From contig OZ243972.1 of assembly GCA_965214705.1 (NCBI GenBank), positions 3,296,001-3,360,000 of the forward strand: 64,000 nt of DNA, given 5' to 3'. The notes beneath the pieces were generated by a model. That model searched no databases. It was given only the letters and a program-made list of their open reading frames with translations, and was not told the DNA's origin. Position numbers and translations under genes: made by a program. Shown here one piece after another: positions 35,435-45,104 of this stretch. The first letter of the stretch is position 1; every line of letters starts with the position of its first letter. This stretch comes from Alphaproteobacteria bacterium. GTDB lineage: Bacteria; Pseudomonadota; Alphaproteobacteria; UBA828.

Positions 35435-36838
35435 ATGGCCGATCCGTCCTTTGACGTTGTCATCGTCGGCACCGGCCCCGGCGGCTATGTCGCGGCAATC
35501 CGGGCGAGCCAGCTCGGCCTGAAGACCGCCGTGGTCGAGCGCGAGCGGCTCGGCGGCATCTGCCTCAACTGGGGCTGCATCCCGACCAAGGCGCTGCTCC
35601 GGGTCTCGGAGCTGCGCCACACCCTCGGCCGGCTCGGCGACTTCGGCATTACCGTGGGCGACGTCTCGGTCGATATCGAGAAGGTGGTCGCCCATTCCCG
35701 CAAGGTCGCGGACCAGCTCTCCCGCGGCGTGGCCTACCTGATGAAGAAGAACGGCATCGCGGTGATCGAGGGGCATGCCCGGCTGGCCGGCTCCGGCACG
35801 CTCGAGGTGACCAAGGAGGACGGGGCAGTCGAGACCGTCCGCGCGGCCCACATCATTCTCGCCACCGGCGCCAGGGCGCGCGTGTTGCCCGGTATGGAGC
35901 CCGACGGCGAGACGATCTGGACCTACAAGGAGGCGATGGTGCCGCGCGCGCACCCGGCCTCGCTGCTGGTGATCGGCGCCGGCGCCATCGGCATGGAGTT
36001 CGCGAGCTTCTATGCCGACCTCGGCAGCGCCGTCACCGTGGTCGAGATCCTGCCGCGCGTGCTGCCGGTGGAGGACGAGGAAATCTCGGCCGCCGCCCTC
36101 AAGGCATTCGAGGGCCAGGGCATGACCATCCACACCGGCGCGCGGGTGACCAGCCTCGCGGCCAGCGGCGGCGCGGTGCAGGCCGCCATCGAGACCGCGG
36201 ACGGCGAGACCGGGAACGCCACGTTCGATCGCGCGATCCTCGCCGCCGGTATCGTCGGCAACGTCGAGGACGTCGGGCTGGAGGGCACTGGCGTCGTGGT
36301 CGAGAAGGGCCACATCCAGACCGACCCCTGGATGGCGACCGGTGAGCCCGGCGTCTATGCCATCGGCGATGTCACCGGCCCGCCCTGGCTCGCCCACAAG
36401 GCAAGCCACGAGGGCGTGCTCTGCGTGGAGAAGATCGCGGGCGCAGACGGCGTGCACCCGCTGGACACGAGCCGGGTGCCGGCCTGCACCTATTGCCGGC
36501 CCCAGGTCGCCTCGGTCGGGCTCACCGAAGCCGCGGCGAAGGAGGCGGGGCACGCGGTGCGCGTCGGGCGCTTCCCCTTCATCGGCAACGGCAAGGCGAT
36601 CGCGCTGGGCGAGCCCGAAGGCATGGTCAAGACCGTGTTCGACGAGGCGACCGGCGAGCTGCTCGGCGCCCACATGATCGGCACCGAGGTGACCGAGCTG
36701 ATCCAGGGCTACACGGTCGCCCGCTCGCTGGAGTGCACCGAGGCGGACCTTGTCGAGACGATCTTCCCGCACCCCACATTATCCGAGGCGATGCACGAAT
36801 CGGTGCTTGACGCCTATGGGCGCGTCATCCACATCTAG
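35435..36838 (+). CDS. lpdA: Dihydrolipoamide dehydrogenase
   Basis: [19 protein letters not shown]. Confidence 0.97.
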   Translation: MADPSFDVVIVGTGPGGYVAAIRASQLGLKTAVVERERLGGICLNWGCIPTKALLRVSELRHTLGRLGDFGITVGDVSVDIEKVVAHSRKVADQLSRGVAYLMKKNGIAVIEGHARLAGSGTLEVTKEDGAVETVRAAHIILATGARARVLPGMEPDGETIWTYKEAMVPRAHPASLLVIGAGAIGMEFASFYADLGSAVTVVEILPRVLPVEDEEISAAALKAFEGQGMTIHTGARVTSLAASGGAVQAAIETADGETGNATFDRAILAAGIVGNVEDVGLEGTGVVVEKGHIQTDPWMATGEPGVYAIGDVTGPPWLAHKASHEGVLCVEKIAGADGVHPLDTSRVPACTYCRPQVASVGLTEAAAKEAGHAVRVGRFPFIGNGKAIALGEPEGMVKTVFDEATGELLGAHMIGTEVTELIQGYTVARSLECTEADLVETIFPHPTLSEAMHESVLDAYGRVIHI

Positions 36839-36860
36839 GTGGGAAGCCGAGGAGCCGAGC

Positions 36861-37811
36861 ATGGCTGAGTCGCAGGTCACACCGCTGAAGTCCCGTAGCG
36901 ACCGCGAGCCCAAGCCGCGCTGGCTCCGGGTCAAGGCGCCGACCTCGCCCGAGTACAACGCGACGCGGAAGCTGATGCGCACGCACCGGCTGAACACCGT
37001 GTGCGAGGAGGCGGCGTGCCCCAACATCGGCGAGTGCTGGGCCAAGGGCCACGCGACGGTGATGATCCTGGGCTCGGTCTGTACCCGCGCGTGCGCCTTC
37101 TGCAACATCGCCACCGGTCGGCCCGACCAGCTCGACCCGCACGAGCCGGACGAGCTCGCGCAGGCGGTCGGATCGCTCGGGCTCGACCACGTGGTCATCA
37201 CGTCGGTGGACCGTGACGATCTCGACGACGGCGGCGCCTTCCAGTTCGTGCGCTGTATCGAGCGCCTGCGGGAGACCGCGCCCGAGACCACCATCGAGGT
37301 GCTGACGCCGGACTTCCGCAACAAGCCCGGCGCCATCGAGGCGGTGACGGGTGCGAAGCCCGACGTTTACAACCACAACCTGGAGACCGTGCCGCGCCTC
37401 TACACCCAGGTCAGGCCCGGTGCGCGCTACTACCACTCGCTCCGCCTGCTGGACACGGTGAAGCGCTGCGATCCCTCGATCTTCACCAAGTCCGGCGTCA
37501 TGGTGGGGCTCGGCGAAGAGCGCCGCGAGATCCTCCAGGTGATGGACGACCTGCGCTCGGCGGACGTGGATTTCCTCACCATCGGCCAGTACCTGCGCCC
37601 GACCGAACGCCATCACGAGGTGATGCGCTACGTCACGCCGGACGAGTTCGCCGAGTACGAGCGGCTGGCCTACGCCAAGGGTTTTTTGATGGTCTCGTCC
37701 TCGCCGCTCACGCGCTCCTCCTATCACGCTGGCGACGATTTTCAGACCCTGCGGGCCAACCGCGAGGCCAAGCTCGCCGCCGACGCGGCCGCGTCCCCTT
37801 CTGGCGCCTGA
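36861..37811 (+). CDS. lipA: Lipoyl synthase
   Basis: [26 protein letters not shown]. Confidence 0.98.
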   Translation: MAESQVTPLKSRSDREPKPRWLRVKAPTSPEYNATRKLMRTHRLNTVCEEAACPNIGECWAKGHATVMILGSVCTRACAFCNIATGRPDQLDPHEPDELAQAVGSLGLDHVVITSVDRDDLDDGGAFQFVRCIERLRETAPETTIEVLTPDFRNKPGAIEAVTGAKPDVYNHNLETVPRLYTQVRPGARYYHSLRLLDTVKRCDPSIFTKSGVMVGLGEERREILQVMDDLRSADVDFLTIGQYLRPTERHHEVMRYVTPDEFAEYERLAYAKGFLMVSSSPLTRSSYHAGDDFQTLRANREAKLAADAAASPSGA

Positions 37812-37822
37812 AGGCGCTCCCA

Positions 37823-38287
37823 ATGCCGCAGCACGTCGAGCGCCGCTTCATGCCCTACAGCTCGGACCAGATGTTCGATCTGGTGGCCGAGGTCGAGTGC
37901 TACCCCGAGTTCCTGCCCTGGTGTCTCGGCACCCGCGTGACCAGGCGCGTGCCCGGCGAGCCCGGCATCGTGGAGGCCGACATGCTGATCGGCTTCATGA
38001 TGCTCCGCGAGCGCTTCGGCTCGCGGATGCAGCTTCACCGCGACGAGTATCGGATCGAGGTGAACCACACCCACGGGCCGTTCCACCACATGGTCAACCG
38101 CTGGCGCTTCGATGAGCGCACTGACGGCTGCGAGGTCGATTTCTTCGTCGATTTCGAGTTCCGCTCCAGGCTTCTGAGGCGGGTCATGAGCGCGCTCTTC
38201 GCCGAGGCCGTGGACCGCATGGTGCGCGCCTTCGAGGTCCGCGCCCGCCAGCTCTACGGCGCGCCGGCGGTGGAAGCGACGGCCTAG
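37823..38287 (+). CDS. Coq10/RatA(PasT)-family START-domain protein
   Basis: MFDLVAEVECYPEFLPWC, GPF, FEVRA; follows lipA. Confidence 0.9.
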   Translation: MPQHVERRFMPYSSDQMFDLVAEVECYPEFLPWCLGTRVTRRVPGEPGIVEADMLIGFMMLRERFGSRMQLHRDEYRIEVNHTHGPFHHMVNRWRFDERTDGCEVDFFVDFEFRSRLLRRVMSALFAEAVDRMVRAFEVRARQLYGAPAVEATA

Positions 38288-38414
38288 GGCGGAGGCTGGC
38301 CGCGGTGAAAAACTCGAAATTACAAAACGAACCCAATTTCGCATAACCATCTTATTTGATTGAATAATTAGCGCCGAAGCCGGCTCTGGATCGGGCGGCG
38401 AGGGGAGGGCAGTC

Positions 38415-39935
38415 ATGGCGATCAAAGCACCCACCACGGACCAGATCGTCGAGGTCGGCGCGCAGCTCGGGATGAGCCTCTCGGAGGACGAGGCCGCCCA
38501 GTATCTCGCGGCGATGCAGCCCATGCTCGCGGGCTACGGCGTTGTGGACTCCATGTCTGACGAACTGCCGGAAGTGAAGTACCCGCGCGTTCCCGGCCAC
38601 CGGCCCACGGGCGACGAGAACCCGCACAACGGCTGGTACTGGAAGACCGCGATCAAGGGCGCAGCGGAGGGCCCGCTCGCCGGCAGGCGGGTCGGCATCA
38701 AGGACAACGTCTGCGTCGCCGGCGTGCCGATGATGAACGGCGCCTCGGTGCTCGAAGGCTACGTGCCGGAGGTGGACGCCACGGTGGTGAGCCGAATCCT
38801 CGATGCGGGCGGCGAGATCGCGGGCAAGACCGCCTGCGAGTACCTGTGCTTCTCCGGCGCGAGCCACACCAATGCCACCGGCAACCCCGTCCACAATCCC
38901 TGGAAGCGGGGCTACACCTCCGGCGGCTCCTCGTCGGGCTCCGGCGCGGTGGTCGCGGCCGGCGACGTGGAGATGGCGATCGGCGGCGACCAGGGCGGCT
39001 CGATCCGCATACCGGCGTCCATGTGCGGCATCGTCGGGCTCAAGCCGACGCACGGCCTCGTGCCCTACACCGGCGTCATGCCCATCGAGCTCACCATCGA
39101 TCACGTCGGCCCCATGACCGACACCGTCGCCAACAACGCGCTGCTGCTGGAGGCGATCGCCGGCAGCGACGGGCTCGACCCGCGCCAGATCGGCGTGCCC
39201 GAAATTCCGGCCTACACGGCCGCGCTCGGCCAGGGCGCAGAGGGGATGACCATCGGCGTCGTGACCGAAGGCTTCGGCCACCCCAACTCGGAGCCCGCCG
39301 TGGACGAGACGGTCCGCGCCGCGATCGCTCAATACGAGGCAATCGGCGCCACCGTGCGCGAGATCAACATCCCGGAGCATCTGGTCAGCGGCGCCGTCTG
39401 GACCCCGATCGGGCTCGAGGGCACGGTCGACTTCATGATCAACGGCAACGGCTTCGGCACGAACTGGAAGGGCCTTTTCGTCACCAGCCTGATCGACCGC
39501 TACGCCCGCTGGCGCGAGCGCGCCGACGAGTTCCCGCACACGCTCAAGTACGCGATCCTGCTCGGCCAATACATGCTGAACCAGTACGGCGGGCGCTACT
39601 ACGGCAAGGCGCAGAACATCGCCCGCCGCATTCGTGCGGCCTACGACCGGGCGCTCGGCGAGTGCGACGTGCTGGTCATGCCGACGCTGCCCATCGTGGC
39701 GACGCCCCTTGCGCCGGCGGACGCGCCGATCGACCTCTACATTCAGCGTGCCCACGAGATGCTGACCAACACCGCCTGCCACAACATCACCGGCCACCCG
39801 GCGCTCACGATTCCATGCGGCCTGAACGACGGCTTGCCGGTCGGCCTCCAGCTGATCGGCAGGCACTTCGACGAAGCGACGATCTACCGCGCCGCCCACG
39901 CCTGGGAGCAGTCCGTGGACTGGAAGACGCTCTGA
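38415..39935 (+). CDS. Amidase signature family amidase (CX3C subtype)
   Basis: IKDN, CEYLC, GGSSSGS, GGDQGGSIR. Confidence 0.92.
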   Translation: MAIKAPTTDQIVEVGAQLGMSLSEDEAAQYLAAMQPMLAGYGVVDSMSDELPEVKYPRVPGHRPTGDENPHNGWYWKTAIKGAAEGPLAGRRVGIKDNVCVAGVPMMNGASVLEGYVPEVDATVVSRILDAGGEIAGKTACEYLCFSGASHTNATGNPVHNPWKRGYTSGGSSSGSGAVVAAGDVEMAIGGDQGGSIRIPASMCGIVGLKPTHGLVPYTGVMPIELTIDHVGPMTDTVANNALLLEAIAGSDGLDPRQIGVPEIPAYTAALGQGAEGMTIGVVTEGFGHPNSEPAVDETVRAAIAQYEAIGATVREINIPEHLVSGAVWTPIGLEGTVDFMINGNGFGTNWKGLFVTSLIDRYARWRERADEFPHTLKYAILLGQYMLNQYGGRYYGKAQNIARRIRAAYDRALGECDVLVMPTLPIVATPLAPADAPIDLYIQRAHEMLTNTACHNITGHPALTIPCGLNDGLPVGLQLIGRHFDEATIYRAAHAWEQSVDWKTL

Positions 39936-39967
39936 CCCGGCAGCGGCCATCAAGGGAGAACCACCAC

Positions 39968-40600
39968 ATGAAGCTCTATGAATTTTCGCTCGCGCCCGGC
40001 CCGCGCCGGGTGCGCATGTTCATCGCCGAGAAGGGGATCGAGATTCCCTCCGTCCAGATCAACACCCGCGAGCGGCAGCAGTTCACCGACGAGTACCGCG
40101 CCGTGAACCCCAACTGCGTGGTGCCCACGCTGGTGCTCGACGATGGCACCTGCCTCGGCGAATCGGTGGCGATCTGCCGCTATCTGGAGGAAACCCATCC
40201 CGAGCCCAACCTGATGGGCCGCGACGCCAAGGAGAAGGCGGTCATCGAGATGTGGAACCGGCAGGCGGAGCTGGAGGGCTATCTCGCGGCCGTCGATGCG
40301 CTGCGCAACAGCGCGCCCATGTTCGAGGGTCGCGGGGTGGCCGGCGTGACCGGCGGGGTTCCCCAGATCCCGGCGCTGGCCGAGCGCGGCAGGCAGCTCA
40401 TGGGGCGCTTCTTCGCCAAGCTCGACGGCCGCCTCGCGGAGAGCAGCCATCTCGCCGGCGACAGGTTCTCCATCGCCGACATCACGGCGTTCATAACGAT
40501 CGACTTCTCCAAGCGCGCCGAGATCGAAATTCCCGAGGACTGCGCCAACGTCGCCCGCTGGTTCGCCGAAGTCGGCGAGCGTCCCAGCGCCTCGGCGTAG
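39968..40600 (+). CDS. Glutathione S-transferase (GTT2-like)
   Basis: APGPRRVRMF, VNP..VPTL, ESVAICRYLE, FSIADI; RBS GGAG. Confidence 0.9.
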   Translation: MKLYEFSLAPGPRRVRMFIAEKGIEIPSVQINTRERQQFTDEYRAVNPNCVVPTLVLDDGTCLGESVAICRYLEETHPEPNLMGRDAKEKAVIEMWNRQAELEGYLAAVDALRNSAPMFEGRGVAGVTGGVPQIPALAERGRQLMGRFFAKLDGRLAESSHLAGDRFSIADITAFITIDFSKRAEIEIPEDCANVARWFAEVGERPSASA

Positions 40601-40683
40601 GCGGCTTCAGCCCCGGGCCGTCAGGCCCGGAGCGCGCGACCGCGCGCCGCGCCTAATGGCGCGAAAGCCAAGCGAGCGGAGCG

Positions 40684-40747
40684 AGCGCCCGGCGCTTGAG
40701 GGAAATGATTAAGCCAGCGCCCGCCGACTGAGGGAAATGAACTGACC
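40684..40747. repeat. Imperfect 2 x 32-bp tandem repeat
   Basis: AGCGCCCG-N5-TGAGGGAAATGA at 40684 and 40716. Confidence 0.6.
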
Positions 40748-40789
40748 GAGGCTTGCCGCCATCGCGCGGCCGCGCTATGAGGCCGGGCG

Positions 40790-41077
40790 ATGGACGTGCG
40801 CATCTACAGGCCGGCGAAGACGGCGACCCAGTCGGGCCGGGCGAAGACCAACCGCTGGGTGCTGGAGCACGCGCCGCGCGGCAACCGCGCGGTAGACAGC
40901 CTGATGGGCTGGACCGGCTCGGACGACACCACCCAGCAGGTCAAGCTGAGCTTCGCGACCAAGCAGCAGGCAATCGCCTACGCCAAGCGCAAGGGCTTCG
41001 CTTACGTCGTGGACGAGCCGCAGTCGCGCCCCATCCGGCCCAAGTCCTACGCCGACAATTTTATTCGCAAGACCTGA
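40790..41077 (+). CDS. ETC complex I subunit (NDUFS4-like)
   Basis: RIYRPAKTATQSG, LMGWTGS.D, KSYADNF. Confidence 0.92.
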   Translation: MDVRIYRPAKTATQSGRAKTNRWVLEHAPRGNRAVDSLMGWTGSDDTTQQVKLSFATKQQAIAYAKRKGFAYVVDEPQSRPIRPKSYADNFIRKT

Positions 41078-41078
41078 G

Positions 41079-41121
41079 GCGCCCGCCGCTCAGCCGGCGA
41101 AGTGCATTCCGACCTTTCTAA
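41079..41121 (+). pseudogene. Possible degenerate 5' half of tRNA-Arg(UCU)
   Basis: GCGCCC.GCTCAG..GG..AG.GCA..CGACCTTTCTAA resembles the acceptor, D-arm and anticodon part of tRNA-Arg(TCT); no intact T-arm. Confidence 0.35.
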
Positions 41122-41459
41122 CCCAAGAGCACGGACAGCTTTGCGCGCACGTCGCTGACCACTTCCGGCGGCGCCTCGGTCGCGAAACGGGCGTGACGGG
41201 CCCGCCAATCCAGGCTCCTGACTTGGTCGGAAAGGACGACACCAGTCACTCGACCAGCGGCGGGAAGCGCGACTTCGAAGGGATATCCCTTCACCCTGGA
41301 GGTGATGGGGCAGAACAGTCCCATCCCGGTCTTTCCGTTGTAGCTCTGCGGGCTTAACACAAGGGCAGGACGGTGCCCGGCTTGTTCATGTCCGGCTTGG
41401 GGCGAGAACGCGAGCCATACGATATGCCCCGTGTCCGGGACATATTCTGTCTCTACCAT
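41118..41459 (-). CDS. mazF: MazF/PemK endoribonuclease toxin
   Basis: FSPQAGHEQAGHRPALVLS, CPITSRVKGYPFEV, DQVRSLDW. Confidence 0.95.
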   Translation of the reverse strand: MVETEYVPDTGHIVWLAFSPQAGHEQAGHRPALVLSPQSYNGKTGMGLFCPITSRVKGYPFEVALPAAGRVTGVVLSDQVRSLDWRARHARFATEAPPEVVSDVRAKLSVLLG

Positions 41460-41692
41460 TGCTCATTGCCCTGGGGATCTCCTGTGTCCTGCTCGGGATG
41501 CAGATTGTCGTCGGTAACGCGGCTCAACAGGTCGTCGAGGTCGTACGTTCTCTTCCGCATCACGACTCGATCGCCGTGTGAGGCCATATCAATGACGGAA
41601 CCTTCTGACACTCCCCATTGCTCGGCGATGGCCTTGGGGATGCGCACTGCCAAGCTGCTCCCCCATTTCCGAACATGCTGAGTTGCGCCCAT
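41453..41692 (-). CDS. mazE: MazE/AbrB-type antitoxin
   Basis: VRKWGSSLAVRIP, LDDLL, TGDPQGNEQW; overlaps mazF. Confidence 0.93.
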   Translation of the reverse strand: MGATQHVRKWGSSLAVRIPKAIAEQWGVSEGSVIDMASHGDRVVMRKRTYDLDDLLSRVTDDNLHPEQDTGDPQGNEQW

Positions 41693-41708
41693 GAACGATC
41701 CTCCTTGA

Positions 41709-41745
41709 GTATCTACATTATAGATACATTGGGTAGAGGCTGCAA
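41709..41745 (-). promoter_or_regulatory. mazEF sigma70 promoter with palindromic operator
   Basis: Minus strand TTGCAG-17bp-TATAAT; palindrome GTATCTA-N5-TAGATAC (41709-41727) over the -10; RBS AAGGAGG. Confidence 0.8.
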
Positions 41746-41796
41746 TCGGTAGTGCCGGCGTTGGCGCGCAATAGCGCCCGATAATTCAAGCGCTGC

Positions 41797-42714
41797 TCAC
41801 CCCGCGAAGCGGGGCTCCGGAATCCCCCTGATGCCGAGGCCGGTGACCGCGAACAGGCCGCCGGCGAGGAATTGCGGCTTGGCCTCTACCTGGAACATGT
41901 CGTGCACCGCCGGGTGCTGCACGCGGGCCATGGAGGTGACGTAGAGCACGTCGAGGTTGTCGCCGCCGAACATCACGCTGGTAACGTTCTTCACCGGCAT
42001 CCCGATGCGGCGCTCCACCGAGCCGTCCGGCGCATAGCGCACCAGCTCGCCGCCGATCACCTGCGCGTTCCAGAGGCAGCCTTCCTCGTCCACGGTGGAG
42101 CCGTCGGCGACGCCGGCGTCGTCCTTGGTCGAGGCGAACACCCGCTTGTTGGAGAGCGTGCCGGTCTCGATGTCGTAGTCGAAGGCCCAGAACTCCTCCT
42201 GGAAGCTGTCGGCCAGGTAGAAGGTCTTGTCGTCCGGGCTCCAGCATGGGCCGTTGGTGCAGATGATGCCGCCGTCCACCTTGGTGACGCTGAGGTCGGG
42301 GTCGAGCCGCCACAGGCCGCAGATGGTAAGCTCCTCCTTGTCGTCCATGCCGCCGGCGAAGAAGCGCCCGCGCCGGTCGCACTTGCCGTCGTTGAGCCGG
42401 GTGCGCGGCTGCTCGGCGTCGACCTTGGTGATCAGCTCCATCTCCGCCTTGTCGTAGTCGAAGAAGTAGAAGCCGTCGTCGAGCGCCATCACCGCGCCGC
42501 CGCCGGCACGCAGCGCCATCGCGCCGACATCGTGCTCGCCGAGGGTCCAGTTCTCGACCTTGCCCGTGCGCGGGTCCATGCGCCAAAGCTCGGGCTTGCC
42601 GACCCGGCGCCCGGTGCCGTCCACCCAGTAGAGCCGGCCTTCGTCCACGTCCCACACCGGGCCTTCGCCCAGGTGGTTCTCGCAGTCGAGGATGCACTCG
42701 ATCTTGATGCTCAT
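41797..42714 (-). CDS. SMP-30/gluconolactonase/LRE family protein
   Basis: LGEGPVWD, RLNDGKCD, NGPCWSPD, DGSTVD.EG. Confidence 0.92.
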   Translation of the reverse strand: MSIKIECILDCENHLGEGPVWDVDEGRLYWVDGTGRRVGKPELWRMDPRTGKVENWTLGEHDVGAMALRAGGGAVMALDDGFYFFDYDKAEMELITKVDAEQPRTRLNDGKCDRRGRFFAGGMDDKEELTICGLWRLDPDLSVTKVDGGIICTNGPCWSPDDKTFYLADSFQEEFWAFDYDIETGTLSNKRVFASTKDDAGVADGSTVDEEGCLWNAQVIGGELVRYAPDGSVERRIGMPVKNVTSVMFGGDNLDVLYVTSMARVQHPAVHDMFQVEAKPQFLAGGLFAVTGLGIRGIPEPRFAG

Positions 42715-42824
42715 ACGCGTCACCCCTTGGTTTGCCCGATGGTGGCGGCGGGTCGCGCCGCGCGCAAGGCCGCACACGTTGTCACCGGGCGGCACGGCCG
42801 CTAAGAGGGGGCGGGGAGGATCGC

Positions 42825-43511
42825 ATGACCGCTCACGACATCGACCTCGCGGCGCTCGGCCGCTACGACACGCCCACCATCTGCAACGCGCTGCTCGCGA
42901 TCGCGCCGCAGGCGGCGGGGCGCTCGACCAAGGCGACGCTCCAGTGCGCCCGCCCCGACCTGCCGCCGATGGTGGGCTTCGCGCGCACCACGCTCTACCG
43001 CACGCTGGAGCCCGGCGGCCTCGACGCCGAGGCTGAGAAGGCGCAGGACCTCGCCTGGTTCGACTACGTTGCTGCCGGGCCTGAGCCCCGCATCGTCGTG
43101 GTGCAGGACGGCGACACGCCCCACGCCGCCACCAACGCCCTCTTCGGCGAGGTGATGAGCTTCATGCACAGCGCGCTCGGCTGCATCGGCCTTATCACCA
43201 ACGGCGCCGTCCGCGACGTGGCCGGCATGACCGAGGGCTTCCAGGTTCTGCACGGCGGCATCCGGCCCAACCGCGCCGACTATCACCGGGTGGATTTCGA
43301 CTGCGAGGTCAACGTCGCCGGGCTCTACGCGCGCACCGACACGCTCATTCATGCCGACGTCAACGGCGCCGTCGTCGTCCCGCCCGAGCTTGTGCCGCAG
43401 ATACTGGAGGCGGCGGTCGCGGTCACCAGGAAGGAGCAGGCGATCATCGACTTCTGCCGCGACCCCGATGTCACGGCCGACAGCTTCAAGCGCTTCTGGC
43501 GTGAAGGCTGA
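42825..43511 (+). CDS. RraA / HMG-aldolase family protein
   Basis: DTPTICNA, LFGEVM, ITNGAVRD, IHADVNG. Confidence 0.85.
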   Translation: MTAHDIDLAALGRYDTPTICNALLAIAPQAAGRSTKATLQCARPDLPPMVGFARTTLYRTLEPGGLDAEAEKAQDLAWFDYVAAGPEPRIVVVQDGDTPHAATNALFGEVMSFMHSALGCIGLITNGAVRDVAGMTEGFQVLHGGIRPNRADYHRVDFDCEVNVAGLYARTDTLIHADVNGAVVVPPELVPQILEAAVAVTRKEQAIIDFCRDPDVTADSFKRFWREG

Positions 43512-43517
43512 CCGCCG

Positions 43518-44258
43518 GTGCGTATCCTCCTCCTGCAGAACCACGACAACTCCGGGCCGGGCTACCTGGAGGAGCCGGCGGCGCGGCGCGGCGTCCGCTT
43601 CGAGGCCTGCATGCCGCACCTCGATGCCGACCACCGGCTGCCCGAGGACGACTCGGGCTACGACGGCTTCCTTCTCATGGGGGGCGCCATGCACGCAGGC
43701 CACGTGGAGGAGCATCCCTGGCTCGAGGACGCGGCGGCGCTGGTGCGGCGCTTTACCGAGGCGGAGAAGCCGGTGCTCGGCGTTTGCCTCGGCTCGCAGA
43801 TCGTCGCGCGCGCCTTCGGCGGGCGCTGCTACGACGTGGATGTGCCCGAGGTGGGCTTCGTGCCGATCCGGCTGACGCAGGCGGCGGAGACCGACCCGCT
43901 GCTCGGCCAGGGTTTCGACAATCCCGTCCACCTCGCCGAGTTCCACAGCCAGACCTTCGACATTCCCGAGGGCGCTACCCGGCTCATGGTGGGCGAGGAG
44001 GTGCCCAACCAGGCCTTCCGCATCGGGGCAGCGACCTATTCCTTCCAGCCCCACTTCGAGGTAACGCCGGAGATGATGACGCACTGGGTCTCGATCTCCG
44101 ACGAGATCGTGCCCACCCACTATCCGACGCTGCCCGACGCGCTGCCGCACCAGCTGCAGCTCCACCACTTCGCCTCGCACGATTTCTGCTACCGCGTGGG
44201 CGACGCTTGGCTCGACCTCATCGCCGCACGGGCGCGACGGGACGGGGCGGGCGGCTGA
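43518..44258 (+). CDS. Class I glutamine amidotransferase-like protein
   Basis: PVLGVCLGSQ, FQPHFE catalytic triad. Confidence 0.88.
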   Translation: MRILLLQNHDNSGPGYLEEPAARRGVRFEACMPHLDADHRLPEDDSGYDGFLLMGGAMHAGHVEEHPWLEDAAALVRRFTEAEKPVLGVCLGSQIVARAFGGRCYDVDVPEVGFVPIRLTQAAETDPLLGQGFDNPVHLAEFHSQTFDIPEGATRLMVGEEVPNQAFRIGAATYSFQPHFEVTPEMMTHWVSISDEIVPTHYPTLPDALPHQLQLHHFASHDFCYRVGDAWLDLIAARARRDGAGG

Positions 44259-44324
44259 CGCTGGTGACCCCTACGGTCTGAGACGGCGGCGCTGCCCTGT
44301 AGAACCTGAGCCCCTACCAAATGT

Positions 44325-44419
44325 CGTCATGCCCGGACTTGATCCGGGCATCTCTCTCAGCAAGGGCCACCCGCCGCCAGGCAAACACGTGGATGGCCGC
44401 AACGAGTGCGGCCATGACG
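44325..44419. repeat. Palindromic REP/RPE-like element, copy 3
   Basis: CGTCATGCCCGGACTTGATCCGGGCATCTCTCTC identical to the start of copy 1; ends GTGGATGGCCGC..GCGGCCATGACG. Confidence 0.8.
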
Positions 44420-44465
44420 TATTCGGGATGCCGTGCATGTGGATAGAAGCTTCTCAAGCGAGACA

Positions 44466-44753
44466 CTAGGCAGCGCTAATGCGCTCAACCTGTATCGTCT
44501 GCTCAAGGTGGCGGGACTGCGCCAGATCGAAGGCCAACTGCATGCCAAGCCATGTCTCCGGCGTCGAGCCGAAGGCCTTCGACAGGCGATAGGCCATCTC
44601 GATGGAGACCGACGCCTTCTCGTTTACCAGATTGGAAAGCGTCTGGCGCCCGACGCCGAGCCGCCTCGCGCCTTCGGTAACGGTGAGACCCAATGGCTTC
44701 AGGCAGTCTTCGCGAACGATGGCACCGGGATGCACGGGGTTCTTCATGGCCAT
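44466..44753 (-). CDS. higA: HigA antitoxin (HTH)
   Basis: MKNPVHPG, EMAYRLSKAFG, WLGMQ. Confidence 0.9.
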   Translation of the reverse strand: MAMKNPVHPGAIVREDCLKPLGLTVTEGARRLGVGRQTLSNLVNEKASVSIEMAYRLSKAFGSTPETWLGMQLAFDLAQSRHLEQTIQVERISAA

Positions 44754-44764
44754 CGTAGGGTCTC

Positions 44765-45043
44765 CTAGTGGTAGTCCAGGTAGTCGACATCCGCGGCGTG
44801 TCCGTCTTCGAACCGAAACGTCACCCGCCAGTTGGCGGAGACGGATACGGCATAATGCCTCTGCAGGCGGCCCTTGAGCGGATGAAGCCGAAAGCCAGGA
44901 ATGTCCATTCCCTCGGGACCACGGCTCTGGTCCAGGGCAGTCAGAATTCGCAGAAGTTTCCCGACGTGCTGCTGAGCCACCTTCGCTGAACGATGCTGCT
45001 CGTATAGCTCCTTCAAACCGCGATGCCGAAAGGACCTGATCAC
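44765..45043 (-). CDS. higB: HigB toxin (RelE superfamily)
   Basis: MIRSFRHRGL, PGFRLHPLKG, NWRVTFRF, YLDYH; toxin precedes antitoxin. Confidence 0.93.
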   Translation of the reverse strand: MIRSFRHRGLKELYEQHRSAKVAQQHVGKLLRILTALDQSRGPEGMDIPGFRLHPLKGRLQRHYAVSVSANWRVTFRFEDGHAADVDYLDYH

Positions 45044-45049
45044 GCGTCA

Positions 45050-45078
45050 TATGTATGGTGTCTATCGACACTAGTCAA
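45050..45078 (-). promoter_or_regulatory. Putative higBA promoter/operator
   Basis: Minus strand TTGACT-17bp-TACATA; palindrome GTGTC-N4-GACAC (45058-45071) in the spacer; GTG start 6 nt later, possibly leaderless. Confidence 0.55.
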
Positions 45079-45104
45079 CTGAACATCGGGCCTATTGCCG
45101 CCGA

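Noticed and set aside
31961-36772. 1603-aa minus-strand ORF, and similar long antisense ORFs (19-1494, 3461-6460, 25294-27072, 27069-28967, 60052-61842)
   Set aside because: Antisense shadows of well-supported genes; high GC3 codon bias removes stops on the opposite strand and the translations show no motifs
37823-38287. RatA as a third toxin-antitoxin system
   Set aside because: No RatB/PasI partner; the position after lipA fits the Coq10-like housekeeping role
38846-40600. 584-aa ORF suggesting a long GST fusion
   Set aside because: The N-terminal part is an Arg-rich off-frame read of the amidase; the GST starts at 39968 with its own RBS
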